Of a DNA stretch of 64,000 nucleotides, positions 30,728 to 42,433 are shown piece after piece. Source of the DNA: Eledone cirrhosa (lineage: Eukaryota); NCBI GenBank assembly GCA_964016885.1, contig OZ024744.1, positions 109,244,001 through 109,308,000 of the forward strand. The letters run 5' to 3'. The position numbers and the translations under genes were made by a program. Each line of letters opens with the position of its first letter. The stretch's first letter is position 1. The notes below the pieces were generated by a model that saw only the letters and a list, made by a program, of their open reading frames with translations, was not told where the DNA came from and searched no databases.

Positions 30728-30846
30728 GTTTCTACTTTAGGCACAAGGCCAGCAATTACCCAGTGCATTACTGGTACTTTATTTTATCGACCCCGTAAGG
30801 ATGAAAAGCAAAGTCAACCTCGGCGGGATTTGAACTCAGATCGTAA
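30728..30846 (-). mobile_element. tRNA-derived SINE, family A (Meta-like core), head truncated
   Basis: Minus strand has B-box GAGTTCAAATCC, core CTTTCATCCTTACGGGGTCGATAAAATAAAGTACCAG and tail GGCCTTGTGCCTAAAGTAGAAAC. Nine copies in this window. Confidence 0.85.
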
Positions 30847-30945
30847 AAATAAATTCTCTTGTTTATTAATCTCCGAATGACAAAAAATTGAATCCGTTAC
30901 TTAAACTCTGGGTGCCTTTGCTACTGAGACTATGCAATAATAATT

Positions 30946-31124
30946 GTTTCTACTTTTTGGCACAAGGCCAGCAAACACCCCCAGTGCATTACTGGTTCTT
31001 TATTTTATCGATCCCGTAAGGATGAAAGGCAAAGTTAACCTCGGCGGGATTCGAACTCAGAATGGCAAGGACCGTAACTCTATGCGTCAAAGTATCGAGT
31101 CCGACCCTCTACCGATACTACCAA
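30946..31124 (-). mobile_element. tRNA-derived SINE, family A
   Basis: A-box-like TTGGTAGTATCGGTAGAG, B-box GAGTTCGAATCC, same core and tail as the other copies. Confidence 0.88.
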
Positions 31125-31133
31125 TGTAATAAT

Positions 31134-31320
31134 TGTTTCTACTTTTGGCACAAGGCCAGCAATTATTCCAGTGCATTACTGGTACTTTATTTTATCGACT
31201 CCGTAAGGATGAAAGGCAAAGTTATCCCCGGCGGGATTTGAACTCAGACCATAAAGGGCTGTGACTCTTTTCTGCGAAGCATGGCATCCAACCCTCTACC
31301 GATATTGCCAATCTACAGCC
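31134..31320 (-). mobile_element. tRNA-derived SINE, family A
   Basis: Full head (TTGGCAATATCGGTAGAG ... GAGTTCAAATCC), core and tail; tandem with the preceding copy. Confidence 0.88.
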
Positions 31321-32042
31321 CCTTGCCAATCCACCAGGTTTGCCTATATTTACGGTCAATGAAAGGCTAACAAGAAACAAGATCACTCAAGTTCTCTGAG
31401 TCAACTTACCGAAACAAACTATCCAAAGATTCATACGAAATTGTATAATTGAATATATTGTAATATCCTGCGACCATTACGCAGGATATTATAATATATG
31501 AATCTCTCTCTAAACATAGCAGTAGAATGGGACGTAGTGCCACACATTCGTCCGTCACAATTTTTACTGTTTAATCAGGGAAAGCGATGTAAAAAGTTAT
31601 CTCCCCTACATCTTATACGAGTTATTTCCCTTTAACTGCGTCTGATTTAACGTTCTGCACATATTAGAAATAGCAGCTGAATCGACGGACAATCGCATTA
31701 CGCCGTGTTAAAAATACGAAAGTTACCAATCGCCTTCTGCAGATGAAGACAACAGCCATCATCATGTACGTGATTATATCATCAACAGCAGAAACGACAA
31801 TCGAAGCAAGATCAGTAACTTTCCTAGCTGATAAATATTTGAGCCTCATACAGCTAACGTGTTAATGAGAGAATGAAACATTTCATACTCGCACAAATAT
31901 GTTCATATCACAAAAACTCTACATCTTCTTAGATTCACTGTTCTGAATTAAGTACACTAGTCGGGCCTTAATAAGTGCTAATAAAATGAATCTACTAAGC
32001 TTGTATAATCCACATACATTGACGGCATGTTACAGATCATAT

Positions 32043-32895
<853 letters not shown>

Positions 32896-32899
32896 TCTT

Positions 32900-34660
32900 A
32901 GATAACCAAAAGCCTAGAGATCTTCAAGGTGGCAGACAACATCAGACAGCTATTAAGTAAAAGTATGAAGTCCTGGGAAACAGCTAACATCAGATGGAGA
33001 ATCCCCGGGAGGCGTGAAGATCAAGAGAGGTGTCTTCCAAGGAGATAGTTTGTTCCCTTTGTTGTTTGTCCTTACCCTCATACCCTTGTCCTTCATATTG
33101 CGAAAAGTGAGAGCAGGATACAAGCTGGGAAGAGGAGAGCTTACCATCCTCTCATGGACGATCTCAAACACTTTGGGAAAAGTGAGAAGGAGTTGGATGT
33201 GCTTGTTGACACTGTCCGTATATTCAGCAATGATATATGTATGGAATTTGGTGTTGATAAGTGTGGAGTCCTAGTGATGAAGAGGGGCACATTGAACAGA
33301 AGCAACGGAATCCAGGTACCAACAGGTGAGATCATAAAGGAAATTGACACTGAAGAGGGATACAAATATTTGGGTGTTCTGGAGGCAGATGACATCAAGA
33401 ACAAAAAATGAAGGAATTGATAAAATCTGAATTCATAAGGAGAGTAAGGAACATACTAAAATCACATCTAAATAGTAGAAATGCCATAAGCGCAGTAAAT
33501 TCCCGAGCTGTGTATATTATTAGGTACAGTGCGGGAATTCTGAAATGAAATGTTACTAAACAAAAAGAAATGGATAGGAAGACTAGGAAGCTATTGACTA
33601 TCTACAACATGTTCCACAAGAGGAGTGATGTCGATAGACTCTACTTAAGGAGATCTGAAGGTGGAAGAGGTCTTATCAGCATAGAGGACTGTGTTCAGGT
33701 GGAGAAAAACAACCTACACAAATACGTGACTGACAGTAGGGAGCCAATGCTCAAAATTGTACTGAAGGAGAGGACAATAGACCAGGGGATGTCCAAGGAG
33801 GAAATAACAACAAAGGGGCAGAGCAACCTTCATGAAAAATCCCTTCATAGTACCTTTTTTTTGTTAAAAAAACGGAATTCAGAGATCCACAGACATGGAA
33901 CTGGTTAAAAAGAGGAGACCTTAAAAAAGCTACAGAAGGAATGCTAATGGCTGCGCAAGAGCAGGCCCTCAGAACGAAGTGGGTGAAACACCATATTGAC
34001 AAGGAGGAGGCTAGCTCACTGTGTAGGATCTGTGGAGAGAGAGAGGAGACTGTGGCTCACATTGTATCTGAGTGTAAACAGCTAACCCAGACTCACTATA
34101 AAGGCTGGAGACATGATGTGATGGGCAGGGTGATCCACTGGCACCTATGCAAAGTAAATAATTTACCACATTCTGAGAAGTGGTATGAGCATAAGCCAGA
34201 GTCGGTGATAGAAAACGATCAGGTGAAGGTGCTGTGGGATTTTAGGATACAGACGGACAAGAAATTAGAACAGGCTTGACCTGGTGGTTTTTCACAAGGA
34301 AACAAGATTGTGCCTGATTGTAGATGTAGCCTGCCCATTTGACACGAGAGTGCAAGAAAAGGAGAAAATTAACTGATACCAGGATTTAAAATGAGAATTA
34401 AATAGGATTTGGAACTGTCAAGAGATCAAGGTCGTCCCGATTGTCATAGGAACACTAGGTACTATCTCAAAGAGTTTCCAAGGATGGTTAAAGAAAATTA
34501 GTCGAGCCACCTTTTTTGGATCACTTCAAAAGGCATGCTTGCTGGGAACAGCTAGAACCCTGCGATACGTCCTGAATATCTGAGGCTGCAGGTAACGCCT
34601 TGATTTTCGTTTGAACAAACTTTCCAGTTAAATAACATCAATGACTGAGACTTCAAGAAA
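32900..34660 (+). pseudogene. 5'-truncated R4/Dong-type non-LTR retrotransposon relic (RT + CCHC + RLE)
   Basis: GVFQGDSL, MDDLK, MEFGVDKC, YKYLG, DVDRLYL..EGGRGL, AAQEQAL, CRICGEREETVAHIVSEC, RHD, LWDFRIQTD and terminal GTARTLRYVLNI*, spread over several frames with stops. Confidence 0.93.
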
Positions 34661-34700
34661 ATAACAACAACAACAACAAAAACAGCAGCAGCAACAATAA

Positions 34701-35028
34701 TTGTTTCATTTGTTGGCCACAAGGGCCGACATATAGGGGACAATACAATTGATGGGGACAGTGGGGTTTTTACACAAATATCGAGTAAAGAAATAGTAAA
34801 ACAATTGGTTTCTTCTTGACCCAGGACAGCAGCTGTCAAAGAGACGAACTGTGGAAAGATTTCTCTCACAAACGGCAATCACACCTATTCACCACCTAGG
34901 CAGTGTATCTGGAGATGTCGCAGCTTTAGCGCATGTTTGCGCATCATTAGCTACGGCATGCCTAGCCCTCTATGCAGAGGATGCTGGCAGCAATTGGATC
35001 GCCTCACCAACGGAACCTGTCCCCTCCA
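34701..35028 (-). pseudogene. Tx1-clade LINE 3' fragment with internal deletion
   Basis: Minus strand matches ORF2 57090-57300 (CCQHPL..GMP..LMMRKHAL; PFVREIFPQFVSL) joined to a 3' end CCCTTGTGGCCAACAAATGAAAC resembling 58257-58279. AAT repeats on both sides. Confidence 0.82.
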
Positions 35029-35051
35029 AATAATAATAAAAATTAATAATG

Positions 35052-35235
35052 GTTTCTAGTTTAGGCACAAGGCCAGCAATTGCCCAGTACATTACTGGTA
35101 CTTTATTTTATCGACCCCGTAAGGATGAAAGGCAAAGTTAACCTCGACGGGATTTGAACTCAGACTGTAAAGGGACATAACTATGCTAGAAAGCATGGCG
35201 TCCAACCCTCTACCGATACTGCCAATTCCCCGCCC
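35052..35235 (-). mobile_element. tRNA-derived SINE, family A
   Basis: Full head, core and tail, flanked by AAT repeats. Confidence 0.9.
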
Positions 35236-35265
35236 TTATAATAATAATAAAAAATAATAATAATG

Positions 35266-35378
35266 GTTTCTACTTTAGACACAAGGCCAGTAATTTTGGG
35301 GGAGGTGAAGTCGATCAAATCGACCCAGTGCATCACTGGTACTTTATTTTATCGATCCCGTAAGGATGAAAGGCAAAG
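35266..35378 (-). mobile_element. tRNA-derived SINE, family A variant, 3' half
   Basis: Core and tail present, with an extra hairpin GTCGATCAAATCGAC absent from the other copies; head missing. Confidence 0.8.
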
Positions 35379-36892
35379 CTTTCTCCATTGAAGAAAACGG
35401 GTGCCGACGAGGTTCATATGGTTGTAAAGATCAACTCTTGATTAATCGTATGATCCTTTTAGAACTGTCATAATAAACACAGAAATCTCAGTTCTTCATG
35501 GATCAACTTCAAAAAAAGCCTTTGACAGCATACCGCACTCATGGATTCTGAAATCACTGGACATCTTCAAAATCTCACCTGTGATCTCAAACTTCCTGAA
35601 ACACAATATGTCATTATGGAACACACATCTCCAATTATTTCATTCCAATGGAGTACTAAGTTCTAACAATATTAACATCAACTGTGACATTTTCCAGGGT
35701 GACTCACTTTCTCCCTTAATTTTTTTGCGTAGCTTTAATACCCCTTACATCTGAACTTAATAAAACAGGGTACGGTTACAACATTGACAAGAAAATAAGC
35801 GACCTATTTTATATGGAGGGTTTAAAGCTATATTGCAAAGACAATAACGAGCTTGAAGGCCCTTTACGGACAGTAAAAACATTTAGTGGTGACATCAGGA
35901 TGGAGTTTGGACTTGATAAGTGTGACAAGGCCACTTTCAATAAAGGGAGGCTTATCAACTCAACTCAGTTGAATTAGATGCTGAAACAGTCATAAAAGAA
36001 CTTGAACAGGAACAAACCTATAAATACTTAGGCATTAATGAGGGCTGTGGCATACAGCATGCAAGTATGAAAGAGAGGATAAGGAAGGAATGTTACAGGA
36101 TAGTACGTGCAGTTCTGAGATCAGAACTAAATGCTCATAACAAGGTGTTAGCCATAAATTCCTTGGCAGTCCCAGCTGTCACTTATAGCTTCGGTGTGTT
36201 GAACTGGAATATGAGTGAAATTAAAAGAAACAACACTAAAATCCGTAAGTTACTGACCTGTAATAGGATGCACCACCCGAAAGCAGATGTGGATCGTCTT
36301 TACCTTCCTAGACCTCAAGGAGGCCGTGGTCTGATCCAATTGGAATTTACCTACAAGACCACCACTATTGGACTGGCCAAATACTTTGAAACAACAAACG
36401 ACTGTATGCTGAAACTTGTTGAAAAGCATGAGAGAAATAAGAAGCTTCATTCTATCTTGAAGGAGAGCAAAACATATGCTACTGATCTTGTGTTGATACC
36501 CAGGTTGAACAGACTGAGGAAATTGTTGCAATTGTTGCTGCTAAGCACATAAAATTAATGGCAAAAGCAAAAGGGCAAGGACAATTAGCATCAAATTTGG
36601 AGCAGAAACTTCTGCATGGCAAACATGTGGCCCGCAACAAACAAGCTGATGTTGATCAAAAGCACACCCATCAGTAGCTACATAGCTCAGGGCTAAAGGC
36701 AGAGAGTGAAGGCTTCATCTTAACTGCCCAAGATCAAATCTTACTGACTCGGAATTATCAGGCCAATGTGAGGTTGAAACAGTGGACCACCTAGTTTCTG
36801 GATGTAAAGTTTTAGCCCTAACAGAGTACAAATATAGACAGAGTTGGCCAATATCTACACCGGGTAATATGTCGACATTATAAAATCAAAGC

Positions 36893-37067
36893 GCAGTGGA
36901 TTGGCAGTATCGGTAGAGGGCCGGACGCTATGCTATGCTTTGCAGCAAAGAGTCTGAGTTCAAATCCCGCCGATGTTAACTCTGCCTTTCATCCTTACGG
37001 GATCGATAAAATAAAGTACCAGTAATACACTGATTTAATTGCTGGCTTTGTGCCAAAAGTAGAAACA
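36893..37067 (+). mobile_element. tRNA-derived SINE, family A, with 16-bp target-site duplication
   Basis: Full SINE flanked by ATTATAAAATCAAAGC (36877-36892) and ATTACAAAATCAAAGC (37068-37083), inside the Dong reading frame. Confidence 0.93.
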
Positions 37068-37499
37068 ATTACAAAATCAAAGCTGAAGACAAGTGGTACA
37101 ATCATCACCTGAGGCTGTAACTGAAGGAGAAAAAGTAACAGGAATTTCCTGTACATACTGACAGGACCATAAAAGCAAATAGACCTGACATCATTGTAAA
37201 AGACCAACATAACAAGGTCTGTTTATTGATAGATATGAGCATCCTATGTGATCACAATATCTCGGCAAAAGAATTTGACAAGCTACGAAAATATAAAGAT
37301 CTGCTTATTGAAATGGAGAAAATGTGGCAATACCAGTGATTGTGGGGGGACTGGGAATGATCAAGAAAGGAACAGAAGAGTATTTGAGAATGATTCCTGG
37401 TTTACCCTCTCTGCAAGAGGTGCAAAAAATTGTTTTGACTGGTACTGCACACGTATTGAGAAGAGCACTATCTCTGTGAGAATGATATCCCTCCTTGTA

Positions 37500-37723
37500 T
37501 GGATGTGTGTGTATGTGTATATATGTGTATAGGTATGTGTATGTATTTGTATCTCTGTGTATGTATGTGTGTGTACGTTTGTGTGTGTACATTTTTATGT
37601 CTGTGTGTGTATGAGTGTGTATATACATAGATGTGTGTGGATGTGTGGTTGTGTATATGTGTGTATGTATGTGTATGTTTGCGTATGTGTGTATGTGTGT
37701 GTGTGAGTATATATGTATATGTA

Positions 37724-37757
<34 letters not shown>
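37500..37757. repeat. Degenerate (TG)/(TATG)/(TA) microsatellite
   Basis: Direct reading. Confidence 0.95.
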
Positions 37758-38187
37758 GCTTATGCTGACCAGGACAACCATGTTGCTTGCTTATTTCCTT
37801 TCTTTGGTTTGCTTTTATCCTTCTATGTTGTCACTTGTCCCCCTCGCTTTACGCGATTTACTGGTCCCAATAACTTTTTTTAGTTATTGTTCGCACCAAC
37901 CTGAGGTATTTGATTTTTAATGCGATGAAATACCAATGATGGTTGGAAAATCACTGACGAAGGACTATTTTTATCATATGTAACCCATGTGCAACCACGC
38001 AGTATTCTTCTTTCTTCTCATGTTTTTTTATATATATATATATATATTTAATTTTTTTCAAGCTGTAAGTTATAATCAATGTGGTGTGTTAACTGGCTTA
38101 CCAAGGTATACAGTGGCTTTATTTGCCCTAGGTGTCAGGAAGACACTCGGCATATATCAGAAACAATACTGAAGGGAAAGGAAAAAC

Positions 38188-38447
38188 AATAATAATAATA
38201 ATAATAATAATAATCAGCACCATCATCATCATCATCATCATCATCACCACCACCATCATGATCATCACAATCATCATCAACATTATCAACATCACCATCC
38301 TCCTCCTCCTCCTCCTCATCATCATCATCATCATCATCATCACCATCGCCATCACCATCATCATCATCATCATCATCATGAACATCATCAACATCAACAT
38401 CATCATCATCATCATCATCGTCGTCATCATCTTTACAATCATCATCA
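38188..38447. repeat. Compound (AAT)n(CAT)n microsatellite
   Basis: Direct reading; explains the poly-Met and poly-Ile ORFs. Confidence 0.97.
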
Positions 38448-38449
38448 TT

Positions 38450-39270
38450 TTATAAAAGTAATGAAAATCGCTGATATTAAATCAACGAACTTAGGCCAAC
38501 GTCTAACTCACTCAATGACTCTGCCAAACCACAGTAATGTAGCTGCAATAAGCTGTTCAGAGGCCACACACTTAGTTAATATCAGATACAGTGGCTGTGT
38601 TTTGGTAGAGAATATCAGCTACAGTAGTATCTGATATACAGTAGAGAATATCAGATACAGTAGTATCTGATATACTGTAGAGAATATCAGATACAGTGGC
38701 TGTGTTTTGGTAGAGAATATCAGATACAGTAGTATCTGATATACTGTAGAGAATATCAGATACAGTGGCTGTGTTTTGGTAGAGAATATCAGATACAGTA
38801 GTATCTGATATACTGTAGAGAATATCAGATACAGTGGCTGTGTTTTGGTAGAGAATATCAGATACAGTAGTATCTGATATACTGTAGAGAATATCAGATA
38901 CAGTGGCTGTGTTTTGGTAGAGAATATCAGATACAGTAGTATCTGATATACTGTAGAGAATATCAGATACAGTAGTATCTGATATACTGTAGAGAATATC
39001 AGATACAGTAGTATCTGATATACAGTAGAGAATATCAGATACAGTAGTATCTGATATACAGTAGAGAATATCAGATACAGTAGTATCTGATATACAGTAG
39101 AGAATACCAGATACAGTAGTATCTGATATACAGTAGAGAATATCAGATACAGTGGTTGTGTTTTGGTAGAGAGAAAGGTAAAAAATCTCTTCATAAAAAT
39201 CTCATAACTTCACAAATGCCGATATTAGATCCTCAATGTTGAGAAAATCACGTAATATCAGCAGATATTT
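38450..39270. repeat. Unclassified dispersed repeat, copy 1 (hosts a minisatellite)
   Basis: TATAAAAGTAATGAAAATCGCTGATATTAAATCAACG...GCTGTTCAGAGGCCACAC...TTTTGGTAGAGAGAAAGGTAAAAA...TCACGTAATATCAGCAG is collinear with 40705-41212. Confidence 0.8.
38578..39172. repeat. Two-unit minisatellite (36-bp palindromic unit A and 33-bp unit B)
   Basis: A = AGAGAATATCAGATACAGTAGTATCTGATATACWGT, B = AGAGAATATCAGATACAGTGGCTGTGTTTTGGT; order B A A B A B A B A B A A A A A A B. Confidence 0.97.
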
Positions 39271-39710
39271 ACGTAACGGGGCTGTTACACTGATCAGCAG
39301 GTGGTCCAAGTCATAAGGTAAGTCTATAGAGTGTGTTATAGCCATTACTACTGGACAAGCTATCTAGTAGTCTTTGCTATTCTCATAAACTGTTTCTAAT
39401 GAGAGAGAATTCTATCTCAGACTAGAATACGTAGTTTGGCGGTTGAATTCAAACAAAAGAATTCGCGCCGCACAAAGAACTCAACTAGCTACCCTTATAT
39501 ACCCGTATATACATACATACAGACATACATACATAAACTCAACGAGGTTTATGCATATATACATATATACACAAGCAAATAATAACTGATTTGTGATGCA
39601 AAGTCGAACATTCAATACTCAATATTTAATATTAGGAAATCTAAACAAGAAATATTGAAAAGTCTAACTTTAAATACTGGAGATTCAAATCAACGCAGCT
39701 GGGGCTATAA

Positions 39711-39993
39711 TCCATATACTACTAAAACTCTGGGATTGCTCGCGTGCTTGTCTGTGATGTAATACAACCAAAAGGGCACATAATGGGAAAATACTTTGAA
39801 AGAAAGTTGACTCTGAAATGGGAATACAAATGGAATAAAACAAGTTTCGCGTAAATTGAAGCGCGGGTTCCCGAGATATGGGGGGGGGGGGGTCCGGGTA
39901 CCTTTATAAACAGAAGGAGAGAAAGAGATAGTGGTTGTGAGAGAGTAGATTGAAAGAGAGACATAGAGAGAGGGAGAGGAGACAGAGAAGGAG

Positions 39994-40059
<66 letters not shown>

Positions 40060-40153
40060 CGAGATGGCGTGTGTATATATATGTGTGTGTGTCTATGACC
40101 AGTGTATATAGATCGCAGACACCCACATATATGTATACACACACACATGCATA

Positions 40154-40184
<31 letters not shown>

Positions 40185-40704
40185 GTAAAGTTATATTTAA
40201 AATTGTTGGGTTACAACTAGTAAATATTTATAACTGATATAAAAGCACTCGACAAATATTTGGAGTATATTTACAATATTAAATAAATGGAAAACTATAT
40301 TTATAAAACCATATTTATTTCATTATATATATTTCGGGGATATCATATTAACAATATGCTATGCCTTCATCAGACAAAATACAATATAAACAGTTTTATA
40401 GATAAATATATTCGACATACCGTAATAAACATCAACTAATATTGTATATATATATATATATATATACACACACATTTACACACACATATACACACACATT
40501 TATATATATACATACACACACGTATATAAACACACATGTATATATATACATACACACACGTATATATATATGGGCCTTCCAGTTTCATTTCACATTATAT
40601 ATATGTCTGTGTATATTTCAATTATTTAAAAATTATCTTTAAGTGAACAAGTTTTAAAAAATATTTTGAAGTGAACGTGACCCAACGGGTCACAGGTGGG
40701 CTAG
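39711..40704 (+). mobile_element. Probable non-autonomous Helitron
   Basis: 3' end: perfect hairpin GTGACCC-AAC-GGGTCAC (40677-40693), then 7 nt, then CTAG followed by T. Candidate 5' end A|TCCATATACTACTAAAAC at 39711 gives the canonical A|T target without a TSD. The 5' boundary is less certain than the 3'. Confidence 0.6.
40302..40400 (-). ncRNA. Type I hammerhead ribozyme (degenerate stem II)
   Basis: Minus strand: UAUUUUGU-CUGAUGA-[A GG C AUA G CAUAUU guu AAUAUG A UAU C CC C]-GAAA-UAUAU-AUA^AUGAAAUA. Stem I is 8 bp (two G.U), extended by AUAUU/AAUAU and UAUAAAAC/GUUUUAUA. Confidence 0.75.
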
Positions 40705-40935
40705 TATAATATAAAAGTAACGAAGATCGCTGGTATTAAATCAACGTTCTCCAGCCAACGTCTAGCTCACTCAATGAATCTCCGAATTTCAGTAATGCAG
40801 CTGCAATCAGCTGTTCAGAGGCCACACATTTAGTTAATAGCAGATATGGTGGCTGTGTTTTGGTAGAGAGAAAGGTAAAAATCTCAACTCCTAGACGATA
40901 TTGTTTCTGTGTAATATAACTTCACTAATAGATAG

Positions 40936-40967
40936 ATTTCTTTATTAGCCACAAGGGCGCACAAGAC
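40936..40967 (-). mobile_element. About 32-nt Tx1-like 3'-terminal stub with 9-bp TSD
   Basis: Minus strand CCCTTGTGGCTAATAAAGAAATC matches the Tx1 3' end at 58257-58279; flanked by AATAGATAG at 40927-40935 and 40968-40976. Confidence 0.7.
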
Positions 40968-41011
40968 AATAGATAGTACATCCGCAATGTTCTGAAAGTC
41001 ACGTAAATATC

Positions 41012-41190
41012 GTTTCTACTTTAGGCACAAGGCTAGCAATTACACAGTGCATTACTGGTACTTTATTTTATCGATCCCGTAAGGATGAAAGGCAAAGTTA
41101 ACCTCGACGGGATTTGAACTCAGACCGTAAAGGGGGGGGGTAATTATGCTAGAAAGCATGGCGTCCGACCCTCTACCAATACTGCCAATT
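41012..41190 (-). mobile_element. tRNA-derived SINE, family A
   Basis: Full head, core and tail; flanked by GTAA(A)TATC; the empty site is visible at 39252-39260. Confidence 0.9.
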
Positions 41191-41225
41191 CACTGTAATA
41201 TCAGCAGGTATTAAGAGCAATAACT

Positions 41226-41386
41226 GTTTCTACTTTAGGCACAAGGCCAGCAATTACCCAGTGCATTACTGGTACTTTATTTTATCGACCCCGTAAGGAT
41301 GAAAGGCAAAGTTAACCTCGGCGGGATTTGAACTCAGATCGTAAAGGGACGTAACTATGCTGGAAATCATGGCGTCCGACCCTCTA
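41226..41386 (-). mobile_element. tRNA-derived SINE, family A
   Basis: B-box, core and tail intact; extreme 5' end missing. Confidence 0.88.
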
Positions 41387-41545
41387 TCCGAACCTTGTCT
41401 TCAGAACATAAACACATTTTAAATCATGTCACTTAGGTAGGATTAGATCAAGCGTGAAAAACATACCAATAATTTTACCAAAATGAAATCATTGTGGGTA
41501 TCAGCCAGAAAGGACCCAATATATTTTCTGTTACCAAACACAGCT

Positions 41546-41736
41546 GCGGTTGGATTGGCAGTATCGGTAGAGGATCAGACGCCATGCTTTGCAGCAAAGA
41601 GTTACGGCCCTTTATGGTCTGAAATCAAATCCCGCCGATGTTAACTTTGCCTTTCATCCTTACGGGGGTCGATAAAATAAAGTACCGGTAATACACTGGG
41701 GGATAATTGCTGGCCTTGTGCCAAAAAGTAGAAACA
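41546..41736 (+). mobile_element. tRNA-derived SINE, family A
   Basis: TTGGCAGTATCGGTAGAG head, core GCCTTTCATCCTTACGGGG.TCGATAAAATAAAGTACC, tail GGCCTTGTGCC..GTAGAAAC. Confidence 0.9.
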
Positions 41737-42078
41737 ATTATTACAAAAGGTTTTACAAGACGGGTATTTAACAAAAAAAAACCTTTAAGATGAAAGGGAG
41801 ATAACTCACATCTAGCTTGTGTGTATTAATACACAGAAGATCTCCAATTATATGTGAAATATTTACTATATTAAGAAAAATAATTATTTAAATATCATTA
41901 GGCTATTATTAAAGATTAGAATCTTTAATAATTTCTGTAAGTTTACCATGTCTGTAAGTGGGAGGAGAGAATCCAGCCTAAGTGACCAATGAAAAAGGTT
42001 TTATTTGTGAGAGGAGGAATTACCGCTGATGAAAACCCACTTAATTTATGTATTGTGGATAGGGGAGGGGGAAGGTGA

Positions 42079-42115
<37 letters not shown>

Positions 42116-42433
42116 TAGATGGGAAGGAAGAGAGAAGGAACTCAGGCGAAAGCGACCAGATATGATAAGATATTGTTGAATGTTAGGGTGGCTGGAGACA
42201 GGGTGTTGTAAGGGGTTGGAGTTACAAGGAGAGTGGATAGAGAGATTATAAGATCAGATGTTATGCTAGTCGGGGTGGTATTACAGGTACACACACACGC
42301 ACACACACACACATGCACACACACACACACACGCACGCACGCACACACATAAACACACACACACACACACACGCACGCACTCACACACATTTGTATGACA
42401 TACATACATACATACATACATACATACATACAT

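Larger units (their letters stand above)
35379..38187 (+). pseudogene. 5'-truncated R4/Dong-type retrotransposon relic interrupted by a SINE
   Basis: IFQGDSLSPL, MEFGLDKC, YKYLG, MKERIRKECYR, HHPKADVDRLYLPRPQGGRGL, NRPDIIVKD and terminal GTAHVLRRALSL* at 37479. The 3' UTR is tentatively extended to a hairpin at 38132-38146 and the (AAT)n tail; that right boundary is uncertain. Confidence 0.85.
40705..41212. repeat. Unclassified dispersed repeat, copy 2 (interrupted by a Tx1 stub and a SINE)
   Basis: Collinear with 38450-39270 but carries a single copy of the unit-B sequence. Confidence 0.8.

Noticed and set aside
37953-37959. CTGACGA (and CTGATGA at about 42027) as further hammerheads
   Set aside because: No stem II closed by GAAA and no matching stem I or NUH site.
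38128-38455. Poly-Met and poly-Ile ORFs, and the YI/HT/ER-rich ORFs elsewhere (e.g. 49916-50748)
   Set aside because: Translations of microsatellites.
38619-39194. 191-aa hydrophobic repeat ORF
   Set aside because: Product of the 33/36-bp minisatellite; the paralogous copy has no such ORF.
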